A DNA stretch of 64,000 bases from NCBI GenBank assembly GCA_947588825.1, contig CANPZU010000009.1, forward strand, positions 40 to 64,039, in the 5' to 3' direction. The notes under the pieces were generated by a model that made no database searches, was not told where the DNA came from, and saw nothing but the letters and a program-made list of their open reading frames with translations. This stretch comes from an uncultured Clostridia bacterium (lineage in GTDB: Bacteria; Bacillota; Clostridia; Oscillospirales; CAG-272). A program made the position numbers and the translations under genes. Position 1 is the first letter of the stretch, and each line of letters begins with the position of its first letter. Shown in pieces: positions 47,732 to 57,868 of the stretch.

Positions 47732-48271
47732 ATGAACGCAAACGGTTTTAAAGTGGGAGATTATGTTGTATACGGAACAAACGGCGTATGCAGAGTAGAT
47801 GACATATCGTTCACTTCCCTTTCTCCGGCAGTTCCGCCGAGGGAGTATTATTTTCTCACACAGATCAAAAGCGGTTCCACGATATATGTCCCATATTCGA
47901 GCGATAGAACAAACAGCAAGATGAGACCTCTTTTGACAAAGGACGATATCGCAAGCCTTCTCCTTGAGGCAAAGGATAAAACTCTCGAATGGAATAACGA
48001 CCGTAAGGTCAGGTCGTCTCTTTTTCACGATATCCTTTCCAAAGGATTGCACGACGAACTCATCATGATGATACGCTGCATATATATGCAGAAAAACGAG
48101 CTGCTAAAAAACAAAAAGAAGCTTTCAAACACCGATTCCGATATGCTCTTTTACGCACAGAGCGTGGTGGAAGACGAGTTTTCCTTCGTTCTCGGCGTTC
48201 CCGCGGAGAATGTAGGACAGTATATAAAAAACGCGCTCGGCATCACCGAGGAAGACGACAACTATGCCTGA
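47732..48271 (+). CDS. carD: CarD/CdnL-family transcriptional regulator
   Basis: An N-terminal FKVGDYVVYGTNGVCRVDDI (CarD_CdnL_TRCF domain) and a helical C-terminal half are present. GAAGGAGGA SD upstream. Confidence 0.85.
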   Translation: MNANGFKVGDYVVYGTNGVCRVDDISFTSLSPAVPPREYYFLTQIKSGSTIYVPYSSDRTNSKMRPLLTKDDIASLLLEAKDKTLEWNNDRKVRSSLFHDILSKGLHDELIMMIRCIYMQKNELLKNKKKLSNTDSDMLFYAQSVVEDEFSFVLGVPAENVGQYIKNALGITEEDDNYA

Positions 48272-48305
48272 TTGAATACCGTCCCATATTATTTTGGAGA
48301 ACGTC

Positions 48306-49058
48306 ATGATCAAGATTTTAGCTTTGGGAAACAGTTTTTCCTGCGACTGTACCGAATACCTTTACAAAATCGCTTTATCGGCAAATATTAGTCTCAAGGT
48401 CGGGAACTTATATATAGGAGGCTGCTCGCTTGAGAGACATTGCAAAAATATAGCCGAAAACGCCGGTGAATACGAGTATTTTATAAACGCGCGTTCGCAA
48501 GGAACTTCTTATTCGGTAAATGATGTGATAAGGTCAAGCGACTGGGATATCGTGACTATCCAGCAAGCAAGCCATTACAGCGGCATGATAGACACCTACT
48601 ATCCGTATGTGTATTACATACGCGATTTTATACTGCGCGAAGCTCCGAATGCAAAAATCTTTGTAAACCAGACGTGGGCGTACGAGATCGATTCGACTCA
48701 TGGCGCATTTCCCAACTATAACAAAGACCAAAGGCTTATGTACGAAAAGCTTGTATACTGCTATGACAGAATTTCAAATGAAATAGGCGCAAGACTCATT
48801 CCGGTGGGAGAGGTTATACAAAAGCTTAGAAACACTCCCGAGTTTGATTATAAAAAATGCAAAAGAAGCCTTTGCCGCGACGGCTTTCATCTTGACCTCT
48901 TTTATGGTAGATATGCCGCCGCAGCCGTTTGGTTCAAGCATCTTGCGGGAGGAGACATTTATTCTTCATCATTTGTCCCCGACGCTTTTTGCAAAGACGA
49001 TGTTGCGACAAGAGAACGCATTCTTAATCTTATAAAAAACACTGTGCGCGAAAGCTGA
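48306..49058 (+). CDS. SGNH/GDSL-like hydrolase family protein (DUF4886-like)
   Basis: The N-terminal block I ILALGNSFS and the C-terminal DGFHL (catalytic D..H block) are present. GGAGA lies 5 nt upstream of ATG 48306. Confidence 0.7.
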   Translation: MIKILALGNSFSCDCTEYLYKIALSANISLKVGNLYIGGCSLERHCKNIAENAGEYEYFINARSQGTSYSVNDVIRSSDWDIVTIQQASHYSGMIDTYYPYVYYIRDFILREAPNAKIFVNQTWAYEIDSTHGAFPNYNKDQRLMYEKLVYCYDRISNEIGARLIPVGEVIQKLRNTPEFDYKKCKRSLCRDGFHLDLFYGRYAAAAVWFKHLAGGDIYSSSFVPDAFCKDDVATRERILNLIKNTVRES

Positions 49059-49076
49059 TGAGAAAGGAAGAAAAAA

Positions 49077-50720
49077 TTGACTGCCAACACAATTGTCGAT
49101 GTACTCAACACAAACGCAAAGCTGTATAAGGACGAAACGGCATTGATTGAAATCAACCCCGAATTTGAACTCTCAAGCCGCATAACATGGCGCGACTATT
49201 CCCTTATGCAACCCGAACCGGGCAAGCCGTTCAAACGTGAAATAACATGGAACGACTTTTACGCAATGTCAAACCGATTTTCAAATTTGCTTCTGTCAAG
49301 AGGCTGCAAAAAAGGGGACAAGGTTGCGATTTTGCTCATAAATTCCATCGAATGGCTGCCGATATATTTCGGGGCGCTCAAGGCCGGCGCGATCGCCGTA
49401 CCCCTTAACTATCGCTATACCGCCGACGAGATCAGGTACTGTCTTGAAAAATCCGACAGCTCGATTATGGTATTCGGCCCCGAGTTTATAGGCAGGATCG
49501 AAGAAATAATCAACAAAATTCCGCTTATTAAGCATCTTTTTTATGTCGGTGAGGAATGTCCGACATTTGCGGACAGCTATGACAGGATGACGCTTTATTG
49601 CTCGAGCTCCGATCCGAACATACCGCTAAAAGAAACGGATGACGCCGCGATATACTTTTCCTCGGGTACGACGGGTTTTCCGAAAGCTATCCTTCACCCC
49701 CATCGCAGCCTCATGCACTCCGCTGTTACCGAACAGGCTCACCACTCTCAGACGCACGAGGATGTTTTCCTCTGCATTCCTCCTCTTTATCACACGGGGG
49801 TAAAAATGCACTGGTTTGGCAGCTTCCTTGTGGGAGGCAAAGCGGTCCTTCTCAAAGGCGTCAAGCCGGAGTGGATAATCAAAGCCGTGTCCGATGAAAA
49901 ATGCTCTATCGTTTGGCTGCTTGTTCCCTGGGCGCAGGACATACTTGACAGTATAGAAAGAGGAGAGATAAGGCTGGATAATTACGATCTTTCACATTGG
50001 AGACTTATGCATATAGGAGCGCAGCCCGTTCCTCCCTCTCTCATAAAACGATGGCTTAACGTGTTTCCAAATCATCAATACGACACAAATTACGGGCTTT
50101 CCGAATCAATAGGTCCGGGGTGCGTGCATCTCGGCGTTGAAAACATACATAAGGTAGGAGCCATAGGTAAGGCGGGATACGGTTGGAAAACAAAAATAGC
50201 AGACGAACAGGGACATGACGTCAAAAGAGGAGATGTCGGCGAGCTTTGCGTGAGCGGCCCGGGGGTTATGAAGTGTTACTATAAGGATCCCGCCGCAAGC
50301 GACGAGGTACTCAAAGACGGCTGGCTGTATACCGGTGATATGGCTATGGAGGACGAGGACGGTTTTATATATCTTGTCGACAGGAAAAAGGACGTTATAA
50401 TCACGGGCGGCGAGAATTTGTATCCCGTTCAGATTGAAAATCACATTCGCCGTCACGACGCGGTAAAGGATGTGGCGGTTATCGGACTTCCCGACCCGAG
50501 ACTTGGCGAGATAGCCGCGGCAATCATCGAGCTTAAAGAAGGCAAAAGCGCTACCGAAAAGGATATAAACGATTTTTGCGAGGAACTGCCGAGATATAAA
50601 CGTCCGAGAAAAATTATTTTTGCACAGGTTCCGCGAAATCCAACGGGTAAGATTGAAAAGCCAAAGCTGCGTCAGATATACTGCGGCGAAAGCGTTGTCG
50701 CGCAGCAAAATGAAATATGA
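49077..50720 (+). CDS. AMP-forming acyl-CoA synthetase (adenylate-forming enzyme family)
   Basis: AMP-binding motif YFSSGTTGFPKA, plus YGLSE, TGD......DGF.Y..DR.KD and a C-terminal PRNPTGKI are present. TTG start. Confidence 0.88.
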   Translation: MTANTIVDVLNTNAKLYKDETALIEINPEFELSSRITWRDYSLMQPEPGKPFKREITWNDFYAMSNRFSNLLLSRGCKKGDKVAILLINSIEWLPIYFGALKAGAIAVPLNYRYTADEIRYCLEKSDSSIMVFGPEFIGRIEEIINKIPLIKHLFYVGEECPTFADSYDRMTLYCSSSDPNIPLKETDDAAIYFSSGTTGFPKAILHPHRSLMHSAVTEQAHHSQTHEDVFLCIPPLYHTGVKMHWFGSFLVGGKAVLLKGVKPEWIIKAVSDEKCSIVWLLVPWAQDILDSIERGEIRLDNYDLSHWRLMHIGAQPVPPSLIKRWLNVFPNHQYDTNYGLSESIGPGCVHLGVENIHKVGAIGKAGYGWKTKIADEQGHDVKRGDVGELCVSGPGVMKCYYKDPAASDEVLKDGWLYTGDMAMEDEDGFIYLVDRKKDVIITGGENLYPVQIENHIRRHDAVKDVAVIGLPDPRLGEIAAAIIELKEGKSATEKDINDFCEELPRYKRPRKIIFAQVPRNPTGKIEKPKLRQIYCGESVVAQQNEI

Positions 50721-50786
50721 TAATAAGTCAAAAGCTTTTAAGCGAAAGGAAATTTCCCTCTCACAGGTGAAAATATTAACGATAAT

Positions 50787-52520
50787 ATGAAAAAACAATT
50801 ACTTCTCGGCAACGCTGCCGTTGCTCAGGGCGCATATGAAGCGGGAGTTGTTGTGGTATCCTCATACCCCGGCACTCCCAGCACCGAAATAACCGAATGT
50901 ATGGTCAAATATCCCGAGGTCGAGATTGAATGGTCGCCAAATGAAAAGGTGTCGGCAGAAGTCGCCATAGGCGCCTCGTTTGCCGGAGGACGCGCCATGT
51001 CCTGCTGCAAGCATGTGGGGCTCAACGTTATGGCCGACCCCGTATTTACCGCATCTTATACAGGAGTGAACGGAGGTCTCGTTTTTTGCGTAGCAGACGA
51101 CCCCGGAATGCATTCGTCTCAAAACGAACAGGATTCAAGGCATTATGCAAAAGCCTCAAAAACTCTCATGCTTGAACCGAGCGACTCCCGCGAATGCAAA
51201 GAATTCACAAAGCTCGCCTTTGAGCTCTCGGAGGAATACGACGTTCCTGTCTTTATAAGGCTCACCACAAGGGTGGCTCATTCTCAGAGTACGGTCGAAA
51301 TTTCCGAACGCGAGGAAATAAGTTTAAAGCCGTACGAAAAAGACATAAGCAAGCGCGTCATGATGCCCGCAAGCGCCATTAAAAGGCATGAGGTCGTCGA
51401 AGAACGGCAAAGAAAGCTTGTCGGATATGCAGAAAACACTCCGCTCAATTTTATTGAGAACAACAAAATGTCTGTCGGAGTGATAGCGTCAGGAATTACA
51501 TACATGTATGCCAAAGAGGCGCTAGGAGACAGGGTAAACTATCTTAAACTCGGAATGGTATATCCTCTTCCCGAAAAGCTCATAACCGATTTTGCAAAGC
51601 TATGCGATACCGTGTACGTGATCGAAGAGCTCGACCCTTTTATTGAGGAGCATTGCAGAGCGCTCGGAGTGAATGTTATAGGTAAAGAAAAATTCACGTA
51701 TCTCGGCGAGTATACATGCGCCATGATAAAGGACGCAGTGCTCGGTGAGCACGCTTTGCAATTTAAAGCTCCCCTTGAAAACATACCCGTGCGTCCTCCG
51801 GTGATGTGCGCGGGATGTCCGCACTGCGGCACCTTCTATGTTCTTAAAAAACTGGGATTGACAGTTTCGGGAGACATCGGCTGCTACACTTTAGGGGCTG
51901 TTACCCCGCTTGCCTCGGTAGACACCACTGTTTGCATGGGCGCATCGATAGGTATGGCATTTGGAATGTCAAAGGTCAGAGGAAAGGATTTTACAAAAAA
52001 GCTTGTTTCGGTGATAGGAGATTCGACATTTATACATTCAGGTATCACCGGGCTTATTGACATCGTGTATAACAAGGGCATTAACACCGTAATAATCCTT
52101 GACAATTCCATAACCGGAATGACGGGACATCAGGACAACCCCACGACCGGCAAGACAATAAGGGGAGAAGCTACAAAGCAGGTAGATCTTGTGAAGCTGT
52201 GTCATGCGGTGGGAGTCGATCACGTCGTTGTTGCCGACCCTTTTGATGTTAAGAACTTTGAAAAGACGGTGAAGGATGAAATCGAGCGAGAGGAACCTTC
52301 GGTCATAATCGCGCAGCGTCCCTGCGCTCTTCTTAAAACCGTAAAATACAGCGGAAACTGCGTAATTACCGACAAATGCAGAAACTGTAAAATGTGCACA
52401 AAGCTTGGCTGTCCCGCAATATTAAACAGCTCAAACTCGCCTAAGATAGACAAAACACAGTGCAATGGCTGCGGTCTTTGCATAAACGTATGTCCCTTTG
52501 GCGCTATTGAAAAATCTTAA
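50787..52520 (+). CDS. iorA: Indolepyruvate:ferredoxin oxidoreductase, alpha subunit
   Basis: LLLGNAAVAQGA.EAG....SYPGTPSTEI, the TPP-binding GDSTF.HSG..G and two C-terminal 4Fe-4S Cys clusters (C..C..C...CP) are present. Confidence 0.9.
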   Translation: MKKQLLLGNAAVAQGAYEAGVVVVSSYPGTPSTEITECMVKYPEVEIEWSPNEKVSAEVAIGASFAGGRAMSCCKHVGLNVMADPVFTASYTGVNGGLVFCVADDPGMHSSQNEQDSRHYAKASKTLMLEPSDSRECKEFTKLAFELSEEYDVPVFIRLTTRVAHSQSTVEISEREEISLKPYEKDISKRVMMPASAIKRHEVVEERQRKLVGYAENTPLNFIENNKMSVGVIASGITYMYAKEALGDRVNYLKLGMVYPLPEKLITDFAKLCDTVYVIEELDPFIEEHCRALGVNVIGKEKFTYLGEYTCAMIKDAVLGEHALQFKAPLENIPVRPPVMCAGCPHCGTFYVLKKLGLTVSGDIGCYTLGAVTPLASVDTTVCMGASIGMAFGMSKVRGKDFTKKLVSVIGDSTFIHSGITGLIDIVYNKGINTVIILDNSITGMTGHQDNPTTGKTIRGEATKQVDLVKLCHAVGVDHVVVADPFDVKNFEKTVKDEIEREEPSVIIAQRPCALLKTVKYSGNCVITDKCRNCKMCTKLGCPAILNSSNSPKIDKTQCNGCGLCINVCPFGAIEKS

Positions 52521-52541
52521 GCTTTTAAAAGAGGATAATAT

Positions 52542-53117
52542 ATGAACGGTACGAAAAATATACTCATTGTCGGAGTTGGCGGCCAGGGTACTCTGCTTGC
52601 AAGCAGAATCCTCGGAAACGTAGTTATCAAGGAAGGGTACGACGTTAAAGTGTCGGAGGTACACGGCATGAGCCAGCGCGGGGGAAGCGTCGTCACATAT
52701 GTAAAGTACGGCGACAAGGTCTTTTCTCCTATAATCGATAAGGGAGAGGCGGATATTATTCTTGCTTTCGAGTTGCTTGAAGCTTACAGAGCCCTTCCCT
52801 ACCTAAAAATCGGAGGAAAGATGATAATCAACACTCAGAAGATTTCCCCCATGCCGGTGATAAGCGGTGCGGCAAAATATCCCTCGGATATTGAAAAAAA
52901 GCTTTCCGAAGCGGCGGATCTTACCGCGCTTGACGCGCTTGATATTGCCTTGAAAGTCGGCAATATCAAGACTCTGAACGTTGTGCTGATCGGTGTCATG
53001 GCAAAAAACACCGACATTCCTTACAAGTCGTGGTTGGACACGATAGAAAAAACCGTTCCACAAAAGCTGCTTGATGTAAATCTGAGGGCTTTTGATGCGG
53101 GATACAATCTAAATTAA
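52542..53117 (+). CDS. iorB: Indolepyruvate:ferredoxin oxidoreductase, beta subunit
   Basis: ILIVGVGGQGTLLASRILG and SEVHGMSQRGGSV are present, and the gene directly follows iorA. Confidence 0.9.
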   Translation: MNGTKNILIVGVGGQGTLLASRILGNVVIKEGYDVKVSEVHGMSQRGGSVVTYVKYGDKVFSPIIDKGEADIILAFELLEAYRALPYLKIGGKMIINTQKISPMPVISGAAKYPSDIEKKLSEAADLTALDALDIALKVGNIKTLNVVLIGVMAKNTDIPYKSWLDTIEKTVPQKLLDVNLRAFDAGYNLN

Positions 53118-53157
53118 GCTTTTTTACATTGTTATTTGATTATTTGGAGGAAGTTAA

Positions 53158-53859
53158 ATGGAAAAAAGCGAAAACAGCCGGCTCAAAAAAGTTCTTTTGA
53201 TAGCTTACATAATTTTTTCGGTGGCAGTCTTTGCCGTAGTACTTATAATCACTCCCACAAGGGAGATATTTATAAAAGTGACAAACGATCATCCGTACAT
53301 TATGGGTTTTGTCAAGTTTGCGCTTTTGGCGACTGCGGGCGAGCTGCTTGCCGCCCGTCTCGGCACGGGAGAATGGGTACTTCCAAAATACATTACCGTT
53401 CGCTTTATCATATGGGGTATTATCGGCGTGTGGATAACCTATATGATGAAGATGTTCGGAGCCGGCGCGGCCGCTCTGATTGCAAGCGGTCTTATTCCGG
53501 GAGAAGGCACCTCGGCGTACACCTTCATTAAGGCGCTTACAATAAGTGTGACAATGAACACGGGATTTGGACCGACGTTTATGGCCCTGCACAAATGCAG
53601 CGATACCTACCTTGCGCTCAAAGCCGAAGGAAGAAAAAATATAAGGCTCAAAGATGTTATTAACAGCGTTGACTGGACGAGGTTTGTTTCCTTTACTTTG
53701 TTCAAGACTATTCCGCTTTTTTGGATTCCGATGCACACAATAACCTTTATGCTTCCCGAGGCATATACCGTCATGGTCGCCGCTTTCCTTTCAATGGCGC
53801 TGGGTATTATTTTGAATTTCAGAAAGGGCGCAAAGAAAAGCGCAAAGAAAGCTGCTTAA
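53158..53859 (+). CDS. Hypothetical integral membrane protein
   Basis: 233 aa with about six hydrophobic helices and a Lys/Ala-rich C-terminus. It is embedded between iorB and the thioesterase gene. The family was not recognised. Confidence 0.6.
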   Translation: MEKSENSRLKKVLLIAYIIFSVAVFAVVLIITPTREIFIKVTNDHPYIMGFVKFALLATAGELLAARLGTGEWVLPKYITVRFIIWGIIGVWITYMMKMFGAGAAALIASGLIPGEGTSAYTFIKALTISVTMNTGFGPTFMALHKCSDTYLALKAEGRKNIRLKDVINSVDWTRFVSFTLFKTIPLFWIPMHTITFMLPEAYTVMVAAFLSMALGIILNFRKGAKKSAKKAA

Positions 53860-53908
53860 AAACTCAAGTAACAAATCATAAGAAAAGGAGGCGCAAGCTC
53901 GCTATATT

Positions 53909-54379
53909 ATGACCGATTTGCCCAACGAAAGAAATAAAAAAGTATCTGATTCGCTTGCCGAACAGGTACACGTGCTCACAATGGAGACTCTCAACGGAAA
54001 TCAAAGACTATCAGGCGCGAAGCTCATGTGCTGGATTGACGAGGTGGCGACCATAGTTGCAAGACGTCACGCCGAAAGCGACGTTACAACGGCGCGCATG
54101 AACAATCTTCGCTTCCTGCACCCCGCCATAAACAAAGATACTGTGGTCGTGAAAGGACATATAGTGTACGCGGGCAGGACCAGCATGAAAATAAAAGTCG
54201 AAGCCTTTATCGAAAGATTTTTTGGAGAAAACAAGCTGATTGCCGACGCGGAACTTTGGTTTGTCGCCCTTGATGAATCGGAAAAGCCGGTCTGCGTCCC
54301 TTCTCTTCTTCTTGAGACAGATGAAGAAAAAGAAGAGTTTGAAATTGCAAAAGAGGAAAAAAGCCGTATGACGCGCTGA
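53909..54379 (+). CDS. Acyl-CoA thioesterase (hotdog fold, YciA/BFIT-like)
   Basis: NG...L.GAKLM.WIDEVA.IVA.RH, F..P........V.G.IVY.GRTSM and a Glu-rich tail are present. Confidence 0.82.
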   Translation: MTDLPNERNKKVSDSLAEQVHVLTMETLNGNQRLSGAKLMCWIDEVATIVARRHAESDVTTARMNNLRFLHPAINKDTVVVKGHIVYAGRTSMKIKVEAFIERFFGENKLIADAELWFVALDESEKPVCVPSLLLETDEEKEEFEIAKEEKSRMTR

Positions 54380-54388
54380 ACAAAAAAT

Positions 54389-54424
54389 GCCGCAAGTGCT
54401 TATGGTACTTGCGGCGCGTTTTTA
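54389..54424 (+). terminator. Terminator after the thioesterase gene
   Basis: GCCGCAAGT-gcttatggt-ACTTGCGGC followed by GCGTTTTTA. Confidence 0.7.
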
Positions 54425-54635
54425 TCTAAATTGCATATTATATATACAAAAATTGATGCATGTTTATTCATGTGACTGTTGGCATGTATTTTGTTTTTTT
54501 ATTTTCCAAGTGATTGATACCTATCTTGCATTTCACTCCATAACACTTATTATAGTAGGAATCATACAAATAAAGGCGAGATAATTCGCCTCTTTAGTGC
54601 ACTATGTCAAAAGTTGACTTTTTTCTTAAAAGCTC

Positions 54636-54675
54636 TTGACATTTGAAACACATGAGTGTATAATTATACAATCAT
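54636..54675 (+). promoter_or_regulatory. arg operon promoter with overlapping ARG-box-like palindrome
   Basis: TTGACA (54636-54641), a 17-nt spacer, then TATAAT (54659-54664). The perfect 14-bp palindrome TGTATAATTATACA (54657-54670) extends to ATGAgTGTATAATTATACAaTCAT. Confidence 0.65.
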
Positions 54676-54740
54676 ACTGCTTATTATTTTTTTGCGCCGT
54701 GCAAGAGCGGGGCGCACGGTTTAAAAGACAAGGAAAAGAT

Positions 54741-55673
54741 ATGAAAAAAGTGTTTATTGACGGAGGCGCCGGTACCACCGGACTTCGCATAGTCGAAAGA
54801 CTCGCAGACAGAAAAGATATAGAATCATTTACTCTCCCCGAAAAATTCAGAAAGAGTCCCGAGGCGAGAAAGGAAGCCATCAATTCTTCTGACGCGGTTT
54901 TTCTTTGTTTGCCCGACGACGCTTCAAGAGAAGCTCTCACCTTTGTCGACAATCCCGATGTCGTTATAATTGACGCGTCAACCGCGCACAGAACCGAAAC
55001 GGGTTGGGCTTACGGTTTTCCCGAGCTTTCGCACGAGCTGGAGCAAAAAATAATAAATTCAAAGAGAATCGCCGTTCCGGGATGTCACGCAAGCGGATTT
55101 ATCGCCTTAGTTTATCCTCTTGTAAAGCACGGCATAATAAAAAGCAGTTGCCTTCTCACATGTCATTCCCTGACCGGATACAGCGGCGGCGGCAAAAAAA
55201 TGATAGCCGAATATGAAAACAAAAATTCAAACGCGCTGCTCGATGCGCCGAGACAGTACGGTCTCACGCAGCAGCACAAGCATTTAAAAGAGATGAAGGC
55301 CATGACTTGCCTTGACAACTACCCGCTGTTTTGCCCGATAGTTTCCGATTTTTACAGCGGAATGGAGGTTACGGTTCCGATTTTTTCATCACAACTGTCA
55401 CCTTCCCTCACCGTAAACGACATTAAAGAGCTTTACGCTCAGATATACAAAGGTCCGATAGTATTTTATGGATCGGGATGCGACGAAGAAGGATTTCTTT
55501 CTTCAAACGCGCTTGCGGGCAAGGACTCAATGCAGATAAGCGTTTACGGAAACGACGAACGCATACTGCTTGTCGCAAGATACGACAATCTCGGAAAGGG
55601 CGCCTCGGGAGCCGCGATCGAGTGTTTGAATTTGGTTTTCGGATGTGACAGAACACAAGGACTTACGCTTTAA
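54741..55673 (+). CDS. argC: N-acetyl-gamma-glutamyl-phosphate reductase (short, type-2 form)
   Basis: VFIDGGAGTTGLRI and the active-site VPGCHASG are present. The start is MKKVFIDG, with AAGGAAA upstream. The track ORF from 54636 runs through the promoter. Confidence 0.9.
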   Translation: MKKVFIDGGAGTTGLRIVERLADRKDIESFTLPEKFRKSPEARKEAINSSDAVFLCLPDDASREALTFVDNPDVVIIDASTAHRTETGWAYGFPELSHELEQKIINSKRIAVPGCHASGFIALVYPLVKHGIIKSSCLLTCHSLTGYSGGGKKMIAEYENKNSNALLDAPRQYGLTQQHKHLKEMKAMTCLDNYPLFCPIVSDFYSGMEVTVPIFSSQLSPSLTVNDIKELYAQIYKGPIVFYGSGCDEEGFLSSNALAGKDSMQISVYGNDERILLVARYDNLGKGASGAAIECLNLVFGCDRTQGLTL

Positions 55674-55735
55674 ATCTATTTTGATAAAATACTTATACTA
55701 CTTATAATTTTAATGTTAAAATGCGGAGATGTAAT

Positions 55736-56947
55736 ATGAAAATAATTGAAAACGGCGTATGCGCCGCAAAAGGTTTTACTGCGAACGGTATACATTGCGG
55801 GATACGCAAAAACAAAAATAAACGCGACCTTTCTCTTATATTCAGTGAAGTTCCGGCCTCTGTCGCCTGTGTTTACACTACCAATCTTGTGAAAGGAGCC
55901 CCAATTACCGTAACCAAAAGCAATGTCGCAAACGGCAAAGCTCAAGCGATAATCTGCAACAGCGGTAACGCCAACACATGTAATTCAGACGGAATAGAAG
56001 TCGCAAAACGCACCTGCTCGCTGCTTGCCGATGAACTGAAGATCGACCCGACCGACGTAGTGGTGGCCTCTACGGGCGTTATAGGGCAAAAGCTTGATAT
56101 CACGCCGATAAAGAACGGGATAAGTGAGCTTGTGAACGGACTGGGAAACAACAGCGTCCTTGCAGCCGAAGGAATAATGACAACAGATACAAGAGTCAAG
56201 GAAATTGCCGTTAGCTTTGAGATCGGCGGCAAGGAATGCAGAATAGGCGGTATAGCAAAGGGTTCGGGCATGATACACCCCAATATGGCGACGATGCTTG
56301 TTTTTATCACTACCGACTGCGCGATAAGTACACAAATGCTTCAAAAGGCGCTTTCGGGGGACATACAAAACACTTTTAACATGGTCAGCGTTGACGGGGA
56401 CACTTCTACAAACGACATGGTTACAATTCTTGCAAACCACATGGCACAAAACCCGATAATAGATTCAAATGGCGAAGATTTTAACATCTTCATGAAAGCG
56501 CTCAACACGGTAACGGTATATCTTTGCAGGTGTATTGCCGGAGACGGCGAGGGTGCGACAAAGCTTATCGAATGCGTTGTGAACAGTGCCGAAAGCGAAA
56601 CGATTGCCAAAACCGTTGCAAAATCGATCATCTGCTCTTCTCTGACAAAGGCAGCGATGTTTGGAGCGGATGCCAATTGGGGAAGGATACTCTGCGCTAT
56701 AGGATACAGCAAAGCCAAAGTGGATATAGACAGGATTGACGTTGAGTTTGCCTCTAAAAAAGGCAGGATAAAGGTTTGCGAAAACGGCGCTGGTATTCCC
56801 TTCTCGGAAGAGGAAGCCAAAAATATACTTCTTGAGAGCGAAATAAACATAATAGTCTCCCTTAATTGCGGCAGCTGCTCGGCAACCGCATGGGGGTGCG
56901 ATCTGACATACGATTATGTAAAAATAAACGGCGACTATCGAACATGA
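55736..56947 (+). CDS. argJ: Bifunctional ornithine acetyltransferase / N-acetylglutamate synthase
   Basis: GF.A.G...GI.K, the autoprocessing site PNMATMLVFITTD and a C-terminal GCDLTYDYVKINGDYRT are present. Confidence 0.93.
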   Translation: MKIIENGVCAAKGFTANGIHCGIRKNKNKRDLSLIFSEVPASVACVYTTNLVKGAPITVTKSNVANGKAQAIICNSGNANTCNSDGIEVAKRTCSLLADELKIDPTDVVVASTGVIGQKLDITPIKNGISELVNGLGNNSVLAAEGIMTTDTRVKEIAVSFEIGGKECRIGGIAKGSGMIHPNMATMLVFITTDCAISTQMLQKALSGDIQNTFNMVSVDGDTSTNDMVTILANHMAQNPIIDSNGEDFNIFMKALNTVTVYLCRCIAGDGEGATKLIECVVNSAESETIAKTVAKSIICSSLTKAAMFGADANWGRILCAIGYSKAKVDIDRIDVEFASKKGRIKVCENGAGIPFSEEEAKNILLESEINIIVSLNCGSCSATAWGCDLTYDYVKINGDYRT

Positions 56948-56979
56948 TTTTTAATTTTTATCGAAAGGACTGATAAAAA

Positions 56980-57837
56980 ATGAATATTACCAATGCCGAC
57001 CGCGCGCGCATACTTGTGCACGCCCTTCCCTATATAAGAAAGTACACGGGAAAGATTATTGTGATCAAATACGGTGGAAGCGCCATGCAGAGCGACAAGC
57101 TCAAGGACTCGGTGGTAAGAGACATAGTTTTGCTTTCTCTTGTCGGAATAAAAGTTGTGCTTGTACACGGCGGAGGTCCCGAGATAACCGACATGTTAAA
57201 GAAAATCGGCAAAGAATCCCGCTTTGTTAACGGCCTCAGGGTAACCGATAAGGAGACGGTGGACGTTGTTCAAATGGTGCTTGCTGGTAAAGTCAACAAG
57301 GGTCTTGTAAATATAATACAAAGCAACGGCGGAAAGGCTATGGGCCTTTCGGGAATCGACGGCCGCATGATTGAAGCGACATTTAAAGATGAAGCGCTGG
57401 GATATGTAGGTGAAATAACAAAGCTTAATGTACAGCCGATACTCGACGTTATCGACAAAGGTTACATACCCGTGATTTCAAGCGTCGGCTGCGACACATC
57501 GGGCAATATATACAATATAAATGCCGATACCGCCGCCTCAAAAATAGCCGCCGAGCTGTATGCCGAAACGCTTATCTCAATGACTGACACAAGCGGAATC
57601 CTTAAAGACAAGGACGACCCGACGACTCTTATTTCAAAAATCGATGTCAAAGACATTCCGAAGCTTATAGAAAGCGGTATTATTTCGGGAGGAATGATAC
57701 CCAAAGTGGAATGCTGCTGCGAGGCAATCAGATACGGCGTCAAACAGGTGATAATTCTCGACGGAAGGACGCCGCACTCAATACTTATCGAGACTCTGAC
57801 CGACGAGGGGATCGGAACAATGTTTACAAAAGGCTGA
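56980..57837 (+). CDS. argB: Acetylglutamate kinase
   Basis: IVIKYGGSAM, VLVHGGGP, G.RVTD and NINAD.AA are present. Confidence 0.93.
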   Translation: MNITNADRARILVHALPYIRKYTGKIIVIKYGGSAMQSDKLKDSVVRDIVLLSLVGIKVVLVHGGGPEITDMLKKIGKESRFVNGLRVTDKETVDVVQMVLAGKVNKGLVNIIQSNGGKAMGLSGIDGRMIEATFKDEALGYVGEITKLNVQPILDVIDKGYIPVISSVGCDTSGNIYNINADTAASKIAAELYAETLISMTDTSGILKDKDDPTTLISKIDVKDIPKLIESGIISGGMIPKVECCCEAIRYGVKQVIILDGRTPHSILIETLTDEGIGTMFTKG

Positions 57838-57868
57838 CTTGCCTTATACCTTATAGAAGGAGTTTTTC

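Noticed and set aside
50106-50798. 230-aa minus-strand ORF
   Set aside because: It is antisense to the acyl-CoA synthetase 3' half, with no SD or motifs.
54387-54584. 65-aa plus-strand ORF between the thioesterase gene and argC
   Set aside because: It starts within the terminator hairpin, has no SD, and has AT-rich, codon-poor composition.
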